From Antedon mediterranea (taxonomy: Eukaryota; Animalia; Echinodermata), in assembly GCF_964355755.1 (NCBI RefSeq), contig NC_092672.1:22271237-22335236 (forward strand): DNA of 64,000 nucleotides, in the 5' to 3' direction. The translations under genes and the position numbers were made by a program. The notes under the pieces are model-generated. The model was not told the DNA's origin and searched no databases. It saw only the letters and a list, made by a program, of their open reading frames with translations. Positions within the stretch are counted from its first letter, which is position 1. The number at the start of each line of letters is the position of its first letter. This document shows, piece by piece, positions 1 through 13,400 of the stretch.

Positions 1-523
1 TGTTGTTAATAATAATAGCAGATGCCTGATATATGATTGTTGTTAATTCCACTTCCATGATAGTGTTGTTAATAGCAGATGCCTGATATATGATTGTTGT
101 TAATTCTACTTCCATGATAGTGTTGTTAATAGCAGATGCCTGATATATGATTGTTGTTATTTCCACTTCCATGATAGTGTTGTTAATAGCAGATGCCTGA
201 TATATGATTGTTGTTATTTCCACTTCCATGATAGTGTTGTTAATAGCAGATGCCTGATATATGAATGTTGTTATTTCCACTTCCATGATAGTGTTGGTAA
301 TAGCAGATGCCTGATATATGATTGTTGTTAATTCTACTTCCATGATAGTGTTGTTAATAGCAGATGCCTGATATATGATTGTTGTTATTTCCACTTCCAT
401 GATAGTGTTGTTAATAGCAGATGCCTGATATATGATTGTTGTTATTTCCACTTCCATGATAGTGTTGTTAATAGCAGATGCCTGATATATGATTGTTGTT
501 ATTTCCACTTCCATGATAGTGTT
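1..523. repeat. Intronic minisatellite, 57-bp unit, ~9 copies (cut by window start)
   Basis: Unit TGTTGTTAATAGCAGATGCCTGATATATGATTGTTGTTATTTCCACTTCCATGATAG repeated head-to-tail. Confidence 0.95.
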
Positions 524-623
524 GTTTTTCTATTAATTTGTGCTGCTAATAATAATAGATAATTTGTCAAACTAGAACTTTAAAAATTTTAAATGTAAAT
601 TTTGTTCATTTTTTTTTATTTAG

Positions 624-3600
624 GGAAAAGTTTATGAACATCGAATGACAAATCTTGACTTCATTCTGTTTTGGATTCGTTCTGTTTTTGTAAACGTAAG
701 AAAAGGAAAAAATAACAAGATAATGCTGATTGGTACACATTATGAGAGCCTTGGTAAAACTGAACAAGAAAGACAACAAAGGGTACATATGTCATCACAT
801 TTCCTTTTAAACAGTACAAAATTGTATATTGTCATTAGTTCATTGGAAACAATATGTAGTTCCATCTCTAACATTGGCAATCATGTATGATTGTTTTATA
901 TGTCATGTCATGAGCATACTACTGTACTGTGCTGGCTTATTATTAACTAATTAACTTAACTTAATTTTTTTTTTCATTTCGATATAATAAAACAAATAAA
1001 AGGGTATACAAATATCTATGATTTAGCACACATTTTGAATTTGTTTTCTTAAATTGGTATAATTATACAATGTACACTGGGTAAGTAAATGCGTAACATA
1101 ACTTAAACGAAACACTTTTTGCACTTTACAAAAGGGGTTTTGGTTGGCTAAGCACACTCTAAATCTTCCCTCGACATAAGTATAATTCAAATATGATGTT
1201 ATTTATTTTAGGTAAAGGAAATAGAGAATATACTTTGGAAAGCCCTGGAAGGAAAACCATTCGAGGACATGGTGTTTCAAGAAGAGCTCTTTACCATTGA
1301 AAACAGTGTCTCATTTGAAAAGAGCGGTGCTTCTAAAATCATCCTCAAAATACAAAAATTAGTCCAGATGATGATTCTTACTTTTCCAATTAAATGGCTG
1401 CAAGTACTGCTGGAAATACAACGGTTACGAAAAGCCAAACTATATCTACCAACATCTGAGGTTAGAATAAAATATCTTTAACAGATTGATTGATGAATGT
1501 GTCTTTTAATGTTTAACATCCATTACATTTAAAGCAATAAACCCTGTTTTTCTGAGTGTTGCATTGAATGGTGTTAATTATAGTGAAAAAAAAGCAAACT
1601 TGTTTTATTACATGTGAAGTTTGTTATTGATAGTAATATAACAGTAATCCCTGCTTTTCTGTCTGTGTTAATTGACTGTTTATGGTGAATCTTCAACAAA
1701 TGAGTGTTTGAAGTGAATCTTCAAACAGGAACGGTGCAATTTTAGTAGAGTACCAAGTACCAAAACAAAAGGAACATTTTTTGTCCTCTAATAATTATTG
1801 AAGTAAGTGGTGAACCTTGAGTTTACTGTTGTTTGGGAATTCAGAATTCAAATCTACCCTTGCATGATAAAGTATTATGTCCTATATAAACAACCTTTCA
1901 ACAACGAAATGAATGATAACATCAACAGAAAATTAGTTTGTGATTAATTAGCATTTTTTTTTTTTTCATTACATTTTTCATTATGATATTTATTTAACTT
2001 TTAGATTAATGATTTACTTGCTCGTTGTAAGATAACTGACAGAAAACTGTTTCTTGAGTACTTGCATGACATCGGCGAAATTCTGTTCTACCCGGATGAC
2101 AAGATCCTCAAAGAAAAAATTGTTATAGATTTGATGGGAGTAGTTGACAAGTTTAAAACAATCATCACAGTTATAGATCCCAGCATTCAGGTTAGCAAAC
2201 TTCACTTCTTTGAGTGGTGTCAATCATTGGTGAATATCAGACGTAAACATTGTGGTAATTTTTTTTTAGTGTGATGGATTTACCTGCAAAAATGTAATAT
2301 CTGCCACACAGAGAACGAAATTATACCTTATTATTTCTATTATATTCTAATAAACATATTACTGTAGCACTCCCATTAAGGGAAGACCCAACAAAGTGTA
2401 CCCTTAATAGACGTTAGCCATGGTCTTAATCTGTCTCTCTTTCATTTCACAAGTAAGTGTTAATAAGGTTTAAGGGAAGGCCCAACAAAGTGTCCCCTTA
2501 ATAGAGGTTAGCCATGGTCTTAATCTGTCTCTCTTTCATTTCACAAGTAAGTTTTAATAAGGTTTAAGGGAAGGCCCAACAAAGTGTTCCCTTAATAGAG
2601 GTTAGCTATGGTGTTAATCTGCCTCTCATTCATTTCACCAGTAAGTTTTAATAAGGTTTAAGGGAAGACCCAACAAAGTGTCCCCTTAATAGAGGTTAGC
2701 TATGGTGTTAATCTGCATCTCATTCATTTCACCAGTAAGTTTTAATAAGGTTTAAGGGAAGGCCCAACAAAGTGTCCCCTTAATAGAGGTTAGCCATGGT
2801 CTTAATCTGTCTCTCTTTTATTTCACAAGTAAGTTTTAATAAGGTTTAAGGGAAGGCCCAACAAAGTGTCCCCTTAATAGAGGTTAGCCATGGTCTTAAT
2901 CTGTCTCTCATTCATTTCACCAGTAAGTTTTAATAAGGTTTAAGGGAAGGCCCAACAAAGTGTCCCCTTAATAGAGGTTAGCTATGGTGTTAATCTGCCT
3001 CTCATTCATTTCACCAGTAAGTTTTAATAAGGTTTAAGGGAAGGCCCAACAAAGTGTCCCCTTAATAGAGGTTAGCCATGGTCTTAATCTGTCTCTCTTT
3101 CATTTCACAAGTAAGTTTTAATAAGGTTTAAGGGAAGGCCCAACAAAGTGTCCCCTTAATAGAGGTTAGCCATGGTCTTAATCTGTCTCTCTTTCATTTC
3201 ACAAGTAAGTTTTAATAAGGTTTAAGGGAAGGCCCAACAAAGTGTCCCCTTAATAGAGGTTAGCCATTGTGTTAGTCTGCCTCTCATTCATTTCACAAGT
3301 AAGTTTTAATAAGGTTTAAGGGAAGGCCCAACAAAGTGTCCCCTTAATAGAGGTTAGCCATGGTGTTAATCTGCCTCAAATTCATTTCCCAAGTAAGTTT
3401 TAATAAGGTTTAGGGGAAGACCCAACAAAGTGTCCCCTTAATAGAGGTTAGCCGTGGTATTAATCTGCCTCTCATTCATTTCACAAGTAAGCTTCAATAA
3501 GGTTTTCCCAAAGGAGAGGTTCTACTGACCAGAAGAATAACAATTACTTTGTTGCATTAACAAATTACACTTTTGTGCTTTTATGTTTTTTAGCCATCTC

Positions 3601-6600
3601 TGAAACAGCTTTGGAGAAATTTAAATGGGGGCAAACTAGATGAAAGACTGTTGCAGCATATTTGGAAGGATGAGTCAGATGAGATGATTATCTTCTTTGT
3701 GTCTCTCATGCAAACCTTTGGGTTAATGTGTGAAAAAAGGAGTAAAGAGGTATTTACATTTTATTTAACATTTTAGTTTAATTATTTGTTCATATATTCT
3801 ATCTAGGTCTCATGTTCCATTTTTGTTTCTATAGAATGTTGGACGAATGTTCTATGTTCTTTCACGCCTAAAGCCCCAACGTGATGATACAAAGGCTGCT
3901 GAATATGAAGAGAAGCATGCTATTTCTCTCTTTCATGACTTTGATGGCTACCTTCCAGATGATCTCTTCCAACGTGTTGCAACTAAATTTATTGAGGAAT
4001 TTCAAATAGACGATGTTGAGCCTGCATTGTCTTATGAGCATGTAGAACTGAATGTTGATGGCCATCATCTTGTGCTTCTAAATGTTGCTACTATTAACAA
4101 CCGTCGTTTGTTCCAGGTAAAATAATAATAAATAGTTTTATTCAATTCTACTCAAAAGTCTATTATTTCGACCAAAAAACAATGAGGTAAAAAAACAATA
4201 ATGACAAATAATGGATGACGGCAGAATCCAATGAAGATGAAAATCTTGATAGACAAGTTAATAATATGGACTTTTAGATTTGAGTAAAAATGTTTAAAGG
4301 ATTGATTTGTTTTTTATATTGCAGACAACAATTGTCAGAACGACAATCATGAACACAGAATCAGGAAGCAGCTCTCCTAAAGATGATGATCCACAACCTA
4401 GCATCTGTAAGAAGGTAAGCCAGTATCAAACATTCTACACTTTATTTAGAATTACCTCCAACTTGTTGCTTTTACATCTTTCACAAGCACAATTCTATTT
4501 ACACAATTAGTCATTAGAAATACTGATATATGCCACTTAATTTGTTCCTTTTTAATTGTTATTGCATTACTGTTACAACTTTATTTATTTTTCAGGTGCT
4601 TAGTTTCCTTCAAAAAGAATTACACTTTTTGAGTGAGAGGAATGCACATGGTGTTAAAGTAAAGATGTACATTCCTTGTGTGTGTGCTTCAAAAGGTGAA
4701 CCTACTCATATGCATGTTGTACGCAAATTTGACAAAGATGTGTTGCCATGTGGAAGCAGAGGAATGGAAGTGAAACGTTACCGTAATCTGTTTGGAGACA
4801 ATGTCCTATCAAAGGGTAAATTATTATTTGTGTTTTTATTGTTTAAGATCGTATGAAGCCTAGGTAGGATGTTGACGAAAAATGAATAATATATACAATT
4901 TTGCAGTAATGCAATGTTATTTTTCTCTAGGGTAAAACTACAAAATCACTTTAACGGATTTGTAGAAATTTAACACAAAAAATTAACATATACTTACCAA
5001 TATTTGTTCCTTTCAAAAATGTCAGATATACGTGTATATATCAAATAAGTTATAGTATTATGCCCTAAATAATAGTTTCAAAAATGCTGGTTTCAACTGA
5101 TAGATGTATTTTTGGGCAAAGTTCATTTCTCTATTTGTTACTATGCCTTGAGACCCTTGTTGAAAATGTATGTATCATTTGTGTCTGTACACATTAGAAG
5201 CTAGAAAAAATTAAAAGATTTACAGTACGCATTTTTTATGATTTTCAATTCATAGTGAAAGCCTAAATATTCTGTTATTATTTAACCTTCTTTTTTTCCA
5301 GAGGAGTCCATTGAAACAAGTATGTGAATAACATTGGTAAATATGACTTTCATAGATACAGACGTATTTCGTATCATAATATATTAAATACACTTCTACT
5401 AGTAAGCAACTACTACATAGGCATTGGATACAATATCAAATATCTATTTGCAAATCTTATAGGATTTTTATATTTTTACATCTGTTATTGAAATAGAATT
5501 AATATCACTTTCATAGCATACACTGTTAGTACCTATAGTTGATGAGGAATATGATACCACTCAATGTAAATGGCATAATTGTTTCAAAATATTACTTCTT
5601 GTTTGTACATATGACAATATAGTATTGTTTACACATTAGTACAGCAATTAGTACATTCTGGAAGACTTGATTGAACCTTATTTTTGTATTATTATTTGTA
5701 GCCTTAATATTGCTTATTATGTTTTAAAACATTGTTTGTTTGAACTTTTGAGACAGATCCATGTAAAAATAATAACAAGAAAATTTAAAAATGTTTCTTT
5801 TTAAATCATAGACTATGTGGATGACCTTACTATTGAAAGTGTGTCTACAGAGATGGATCTTTCCTGTAGACGATTTGGTGTTCGTTTGGGGCTTACATGG
5901 TCTACAGTGAATACTATATTTGATAATGAAAAGCAGACAGATAAAGCTACAGCAAACATGCTGAAACGTTGGAGAAGCAGCATTGGTAGTGACCTTAATC
6001 AGCAACAAGTATTGTGCACCGCACTAAGGCAGCATGATTGTAATGATCTTGCTGATCTGCTGTTTCAGAAATACATTGACGATGAAATACCCAAGGTTAT
6101 CAAACCTTCAGGTATATAGCATTATATTGTGATTCCTGCCATTAAATAGTATAAAAATAATGAATTATAAGTACAATGGCACAAATAATTTATGAGGTGA
6201 AAATATATAAAATTTTCCTCTTTCACCTAAGAAAATATTTTTACTATTTTTACCTTTACTTTTAATGAAAGGAAAGGCCTAAATCATTCAAATGGTTGAT
6301 CCAACGTGGTCATTCAACTACAACCTAGCCTCTTGTAACTTGTGGTTGCTCACTCACCGTGTAACAAAAACAAACATGCAAAAACTAAATTTCAGTGCTC
6401 TTGTGCACATATATCAACATTGCACTCTCAATGACGTCATTAAAAGAGCAATAGCACATTTTAATAAAATATAACTCACAATTCTCCAAATGGATTAAGA
6501 ATCTTCTTAGGTGTGTTATAAAGGTGTGTTGGTTTATTTAATTTATTCCGATATTGTTTGTATTAATATTTTTATTTAAATTTGTTAATTGATACAAAAT

Positions 6601-7560
6601 TATGCTTATTTTCTATGGACAAATGATTCCGAAATAAAAGATTGAATGGAATTGTGAGTTGAATTTTAATTGAAACAGAACTCATTATCTTAACGCCTTT
6701 ATTATTTCACAGCTCGTTTTGATGATCAAGATCTACTGTTCATCTGTGACAATTTAGGTCAACATTGGAGAAGATTAGCAGTGCGCCTTGGAATTAAATG
6801 GGATGTTATCAGTAATATCACAGGTAAAAACAGACATGATGAAGATGACATAATGGTAGTCCTGGTTAAGTGGAGAGGTAGACAAAGAGCAGCACATCAA
6901 ATACCTACAATGATCAAGGCTTTAAAACAACAAGGACGTGTTGATTTAGCTGATAGCCTGTGTACAAGACATGAATACATAGATGACGTCAGTTTAGAAG
7001 TTCCAATGTTTACAGACCAATCAGGACAAGGTGGGTAACGCTTATTATTCTTAATATGTTATTGTAACTATATACCTGATTATATTTTTTTTATTTACTT
7101 TTTATAAGATTGTTGAGAGATGGACAAACATGATTAAATATTACATTTTGTTTTTCAAATGTTTTAACATTTGAAAAACAAAATGTAGCCTATAGGATTT
7201 TTTTAATTCAAATATTAAAATTGTTGTTTTCATTATTAATAATTGTATATAACATACACGATCAAAATTGTTTTAATTAAATGTATTTTTACAGGATGCT
7301 TAACAGACTTGGATTTCCTGATAATTTCTCTGAAAATGACAGAATGGAAGAGTTTTTGCAGGGGTCTTGGTATTGCTGATGTTGAACTATCACAAAATGA
7401 GAGAAAATATTTAATGCTTACTGTAGAAGCAACAATGGAATCACTGGTACAATGGCGATGTAAGCAAGGAAGAGATGTGAACCAACGAGAGGAAGTAATA
7501 AAAGCCTTGAGAGCAGTTGAGAGTATGGATATTGTAGAATTACTAGAAACAGTCTATTGA
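624..7560 (+). CDS. ROCO-family protein (Roc C-terminal part, COR, 3 death domains); 5' end outside the window
   Basis: Phase-consistent GT-AG exons: 624-782, 1212-1460, 2005-2190, 3594-3749, 3835-4116, 4325-4414, 4596-4815, 5302-5319, 5812-6111, 6713-7030, 7295-7560 (TGA). Motifs: Roc G4-like LIGTHYE, G5-like IENS, COR motifs FPIKWLQ and FLEYLHDIGEILFY, then three death-fold exons. Confidence 0.85.
2377..3505. repeat. Intronic minisatellite, 94-bp unit, ~12 copies
   Basis: TAAGGGAAGGCCCAACAAAGTGTCCCCTTAATAGAGGTTAGCC... recurs at 2377, 2471, 2565 and onward. Confidence 0.95.
5812..6111 (+). CDS. Death-domain exon 1 of ROCO gene 1
   Basis: Phase 1-1 exon; RRFGVRLGLTWSTV...ANMLKRWR...LCTALRQHDCNDLADLL fits the death-domain helical pattern. 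Confidence 0.8.
6713..7030 (+). CDS. Death-domain exon 2 of ROCO gene 1
   Basis: Phase 1-1 exon; DDQDLLFICDNLGQHWRRLAVRLGI...LVKWR...IKALKQQGRVDLADSL. Confidence 0.85.
7295..7560 (+). CDS. Death-domain exon 3 (terminal) of ROCO gene 1
   Basis: LTDLDFLIIS..TEWKSFCRGLGI...LVQWR...IKALRAVESMDIVELLE, stop 7558-7560; AATAAA at ~7608. Confidence 0.85.
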
Positions 7561-10456
7561 GAACAGTAGACCATATGAACTGTAGTTGTATGGTAACTCA
7601 GTTCAACAAATAAACAATTTGTATGAACAATAGGAGATACATAGTTAATAAAGGACAATAAAGAAGATCTATTGAAACAATGTTTTTAGATCTTGAACTA
7701 TGTCTTAATAGACCAAAGGAATACAAGTACTCTAATATAGGTCACGTACCTGACAGATTTCAAGTACGTAAATGACAAAATATTTATATATGTGTGGGTA
7801 TTTTTTAATCTGCTTAAATCTTAAATAAAAAATAATGCCTTTCAAAAAGGCAGTGCTCCAATTTTGGACGTGGAGTAGAACTAATAGACAGTGTAATACT
7901 ACTGGTTGCTTGAACATGATCAGTCAACAGCCTAGACTCTTCTCAAGTGTGTGGTTACTCAATCTCTGTAACAAAAATAAATGCACAAAACCGAATTGCA
8001 GAATTCAATTGTATATACTGATGTCACATACAGTGCTGTACTGTAGTATATTTATTTAATGTCATGTCACCCACAATGTGCATGTGATTTAAGTTGTGTA
8101 CTCACAAAACCATACCACATACTGTATTATAACAAAACAATTATCAGCTGCTATCTATACTAGTGTGTGTGACTGATGAAACAGAATGGTTCCTTTCTCC
8201 CCATTCATCACCAAAATAAAAGATATTTTTACTAGCCATACAGATGCCTCCAATCAGTCAATCACATTCAATATTAGAATGTAACTTGACTCATTTATGC
8301 TATATTGTGATGAAACTGCAATAAGTAATTGACTTTTTTTTGTCTTTTTTTTATATATATACAGTCAGTCATGTCAATGATAGAGATACATTGTCCAAGA
8401 TGAGTCTTAGCAATTTGTGCGGCTATGTTGGCTATGGTTAGTGTTAGCGCTTGTGGTGTACCCAAAGTTTTACATGGGAAATATGTGTAAATAATAACAC
8501 ACTGTATATTAATTAGCAATATACTTGAATTTTAACATTCATAATTGCGCTACATAAATTTAAAACCATTAAAATTTAAAGATTTAAATGTCTCATGGCA
8601 TAGCTTTTTTCAATATTTTTTATTGAATTGACTAAAATTTATCTGGTAAAGATAATGTACAATTTTGTGGTTTATGCGTTAATCACAATTAAATACATCG
8701 AATATATACATTTACTAAAGCCAAATTAGTTACTGCATAATATATTTCATATTCTATTTTAATAAATGATATACAATATATATTCTTTAAATCTCAATGT
8801 GAGTCACAAGTAAATTCATATAATGTTAAGGTAAATTGGTTTCAATCTTGCAAACATAAATGATTATTATTACATTATTTCTGAATTTAGTAAATGATTG
8901 GGCTATTGATTTGTATGCACTTAATTTAGGACAGACTAACTTTTTTCAACATCCTGCACCGAAGCCTTACAAATTTGTATTAATTCGACTTACAAATGTT
9001 GATTGATGGCCATATCATCTTTTTTTTATAGTTGACAGACTTGCTAAACAGAACAAAAGGTGCGGAGATGGGATAATTTACTGTATAACGGCAATTATTT
9101 GTTACCCCCGGTGTGTCATTTTTCAATAATGGTTGCCCAGATATGGCACTTTTTTTTCTAGGTATCACTACAGTATATCTATAAACATTAAATATTTGTA
9201 TTTGAGAACTTATGGCGAAATTACTTTTATTTTGTTTGTGGAAATAATTTTTTTTTTTTATAATTTATATATAAATCTGACCTATTTACCAAAACAACAT
9301 AGTTCATACTTTGATACACCACCTGATTATGCAAATTATGTACTGCATTCTCTTGATTGGCATAGATAAAGTCCTTGAAATACTATATTGCTATAATAAC
9401 TGTTTTCCAAAGCTTGAGATGTACTTAACGCTTTTATTTATTAAAAGTCATCACAGACATTAAATTGTATTTGATGTTTTTGTAAACAAGCCCTATAGGA
9501 CTAATATTGTCTTGATTGGCATACAATAAAATTACACTATACTGCTGTCATAGTACTTGGCTAATAAAATCTAGGAATATTTGCAAAGGAAAATGAACAT
9601 TAGAAATGATTTTTAGTTGACATGGCATGACTATGTGTAATCTTCAAACATTTCACTCTCGATGAAATTACTAGAATCTGAGTAACTGACCTGAACTGCC
9701 AGGCACACAAAAAATGTCCCCATAAGCTCAGTTCCTTTCAGTTTTGTTCTATTCTTTTGGGACTGAAAGGAACTAAGTGCAACTTTAAATCATGTCACGA
9801 CCAGTATAGCAATGAGTTTGTTGTTTCCATATAGGTGTGTTATAATCATAAAGATAGAATATCTTTTTTGGCTTTATTATATCTATTGGTTATATTTAAC
9901 CATTATGTCAAGAAATAAAATTGTCAAAATGCGGCCATTTAATAATAACAACGTCTAGTACTATAGTAACGTTTTCATGCAAATAGGAATGACGAATACA
10001 GAACGGCCAGAACAAACATACAATCTTGACTTACTGTATTTCCAATGGGGTTGGAAAGTTTTTTTAAACTAAGAGAAAAAAAGTAACACAAAGTTTAAAT
10101 CCGCAAATTAAATCATATTCCTGAGAATAATTTTTATTTACTGAAATTAAATCGTTAGTTTTACATGATTTGTTTATAATAAAATTTAATATTTGGATAA
10201 TTTCATATTTACTCATGCGTGAACACCAGCTGAAAGAGCTCCACAAAGACCCTGAATTCTTACAGTGTAATGGATCTTATGTTTTGTAATTGTATTATTG
10301 TTTGTACTGTATTTTGAATACGCATGTAAAAAATTGAATTGTGTCAATATTCATTTTTCTTTCAACATATACAGTAGACAATTTGCGGCATTTGACACAA
10401 CCTTGATACTGGTGGTAGTTCCTGGATTAACATACTTAATCCTGACATAAACTGCA

Positions 10457-13400
10457 TTATAGCCTAACTGGACCATGATACAGCAAACCAAGTAACACAA
10501 TACCAAAAGCTATATCAACTGCAAGAGTTGTTGCAACTTGTACAAACTTGTTAATGATGGTGGTAGTTCCTTGATTTACAGGCTCCTCTTCAACACGTCT
10601 ACCATTCTGGTGCTCACTAGCCATTGGTGTATGTGTAGCACATTGTTCATTTGAGCTCTTCTTTTGAGATATTTCATCCCCATCTTTCTTTTGTTCAATG
10701 TTAACTATTGTATTTCCTTCACTTCTACCACTATTACAGTTCAGGTTACCATTTTCTTGAAATTGTATTCTATTGTTATTTACATTTTCTGGTTCTTCAA
10801 TTTCATTGACGCTCTTATCGGAAAACTTATCTCTTTTGTCTTGATCTTCAACTTCTTTGGTATCTTTACTGGTAAACTTATCTGTCTTGTCTTCAACTTC
10901 TTTGCTATCTTTACTGGTAAACTTATCTCTCTTGTCTTGATCTTCAATTCCTTTACTGGTAAACTTATCTCTTTTGTCTTGATCTTCAACTTCTTTGGTA
11001 CCATTGCTTGAACTAATCACTGACAGGTTACTGTCATGAGGTTCATTATCCAATGATACTGCTGACAGTATACCTTCTGTTAATATGCTATTGTTTTGTT
11101 GCGATTGTTCATCATTGCATTCTTGCACATCAGAATCAGCAAACTGGTAAAAATAAATGTTAAATTGTATTAAATTGTATCAAGAAAAAAATATTAGATT
11201 AAAAATCATAAACTGAATGTTTATGATTTGAATACGGAGAATATTTCATGAAAATTAACTGATTGACCATTTAATGAGGTGGAACCAAGCACAGGCAATC
11301 TCTCAGTAAATGAAATATACTCTATTCAACATTATTAGTTTTATAGCACAGTACATATGATGATGTGTTAATTTAACATCATTAAAGTAAGTACATGTAA
11401 ATGAGGATGTGTTAGTGATGAAGGAACATACTTCACATTGTAAAGTTTGTTGGTGCAGCGAAGATTGAAAATTGCTAGTTTTAAGTAAAAGCCTACCTCG
11501 TCTGAATTCAATTCATTTAATTGTTCATCTAACTTGCGTTGGTGTAAACGAATTGAATATCCAATCATAGCATACTGTATGACACGTCCTGCCTCATGTC
11601 GTCTCTTTACATCTCCCCTCACCTTCCAGCCTCTAAAACCTACAACATATCAATTACTAATTAGTGACTCGGCATCATAGCATACTGTATGACACGTGCT
11701 GCCTCATGTCGTCTCTTTACATCTCCCCTCACCTTCCAGCCTCTAAAACCTACAACATATCAATTACTAATTAGTGACTCGGCATCATAGCATACTGTAT
11801 GACACGTGCTGCCTCATGTTGTCTCTTTACATCTTCTCTCACCTTCCAGCCTCTAAAACCTGCAACATATCAATTACTAATTAGTGACTCAGCATCATAG
11901 CATACTGTATGACACGTGCTGCCTCATGTCGTCTCTCTACATCTTCTCTCACCTTCCAGCCTCTAAAACCTACAACATATCAATTCTAATTAGTGACTCA
12001 GCATCATAGCATACTATATGACACGTGCTGCCTCATGTCGTCTCTTTACATCTTCTCTCACCTTCCAGCCTCTAAAACCTACAACATATCAATTATAATT
12101 AGTGACTCAGCATCATAGCATACTATATGACACGTGCTGCCTCATGTCGTCTCTTTACATCTTCTCTCACCTTCCAGCCTCTAAAACCTACAACATATCA
12201 ATTCTAATTAGTGACAATTAGTGGCTTGGTTTGGTAACAGCATGATGCCTGCAAGATATTTGTCAAAACACTATTACAATCAATACCTGCTTGAATGATG
12301 ACCACAGCTGCCTCTTGTTTACTTTTGGTTGCCAGGATCTTCCTCCACCACATCTGTATTACACCAGCACTTAAATTGAATTCCTTCAATCTTGCAACTT
12401 CAAGTTTATCCAACTAAATGAAAAATAAGGGAATATAATAAATATACAATGATGCAGATTCTTACTTACTTTTTAACACTAACAAGCTAAAAACTAAAAG
12501 CTAAAAGTATTATAATTTGGTGCTACAACTTTTTCATAATGTTATAAGATAGGAATTTTACTGATTTTCAATGACTTACACACATTTAACTGGGTAACAA
12601 TTTTTTAATAAAATGGTATTTTTTAAATTGTGTCAAATTGATTGTTCTTTTCTTTTTTTTATTTATATACTTTTTTTAAAAAGAAAAATGCCTCAATTTT
12701 ACATAATTATTTAGTTAATTTTGGTGAATTTCCTATCTTATTCTACAAAAATATTCCTGTAGCACTACTTTTAAAAATAAAGGTTTATTTTACGACACTC
12801 ATTCAGCTCTACTGCAAAGGTTTATATTATACAGATATTGCCTGCTTAGAGGTGAAATATAAAAATTGACATCCCCGAGGGAATGATATTTTTCTCGAGG
12901 AACTAAATATTACATCTGTTATATTAAAATATGTAGCAAAGTGTAAGTAGACTTGGCTGGGTCGGCAAGCCTAAGTAATAAGACTGCCTAGTTCACCTTA
13001 CCTTGGCGAAAAATGACCGTATAAAGTCAAATAATTGCTAATGATTTCTTTGCCATAAAATATTCACTTAAACTATTTAAAATTTAATTTATTCTACTGC
13101 AAATATAAAATAATTAAATTATTAATAAACTACTTTTAAGTACCTGTCCCTCTCTTAGGAATATCTTTGTTTTTCCAAACAAAAAGCTTTTCATTTTATT
13201 TTCTTTGTCTGCTTCAGCTAAAACCAGATTCGTAATAACAGCGCATTTACTTTTTGTATCCAAATCTTTTAAATCTTCTGAGTTTGACCTTATTAATAAT
13301 TCATACCTCTTAAGAAAATCACTGTACAACATTCTATAAGAAAATTGTCATTATCATTCAGAATCAAGTATAACAAACAACACACTGGCAAGTATGTTAG

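Noticed and set aside
7732-10246. Short ORFs between the convergent ROCO gene 1 and MYO19 3' ends
   Set aside because: No motifs or splice support; consistent with UTR or intergenic sequence.
10351-10456. Possible stop-codon read-through of MYO19 into a second VNPGTTT motif
   Set aside because: The downstream copy is out of frame and another TAA follows within a few codons of the stop.
10664-11011. Hydrophobic 115-aa + strand ORF and Lys-rich alternative-frame ORF
   Set aside because: Antisense and frame shadows of the repetitive MYO19 tail exon.
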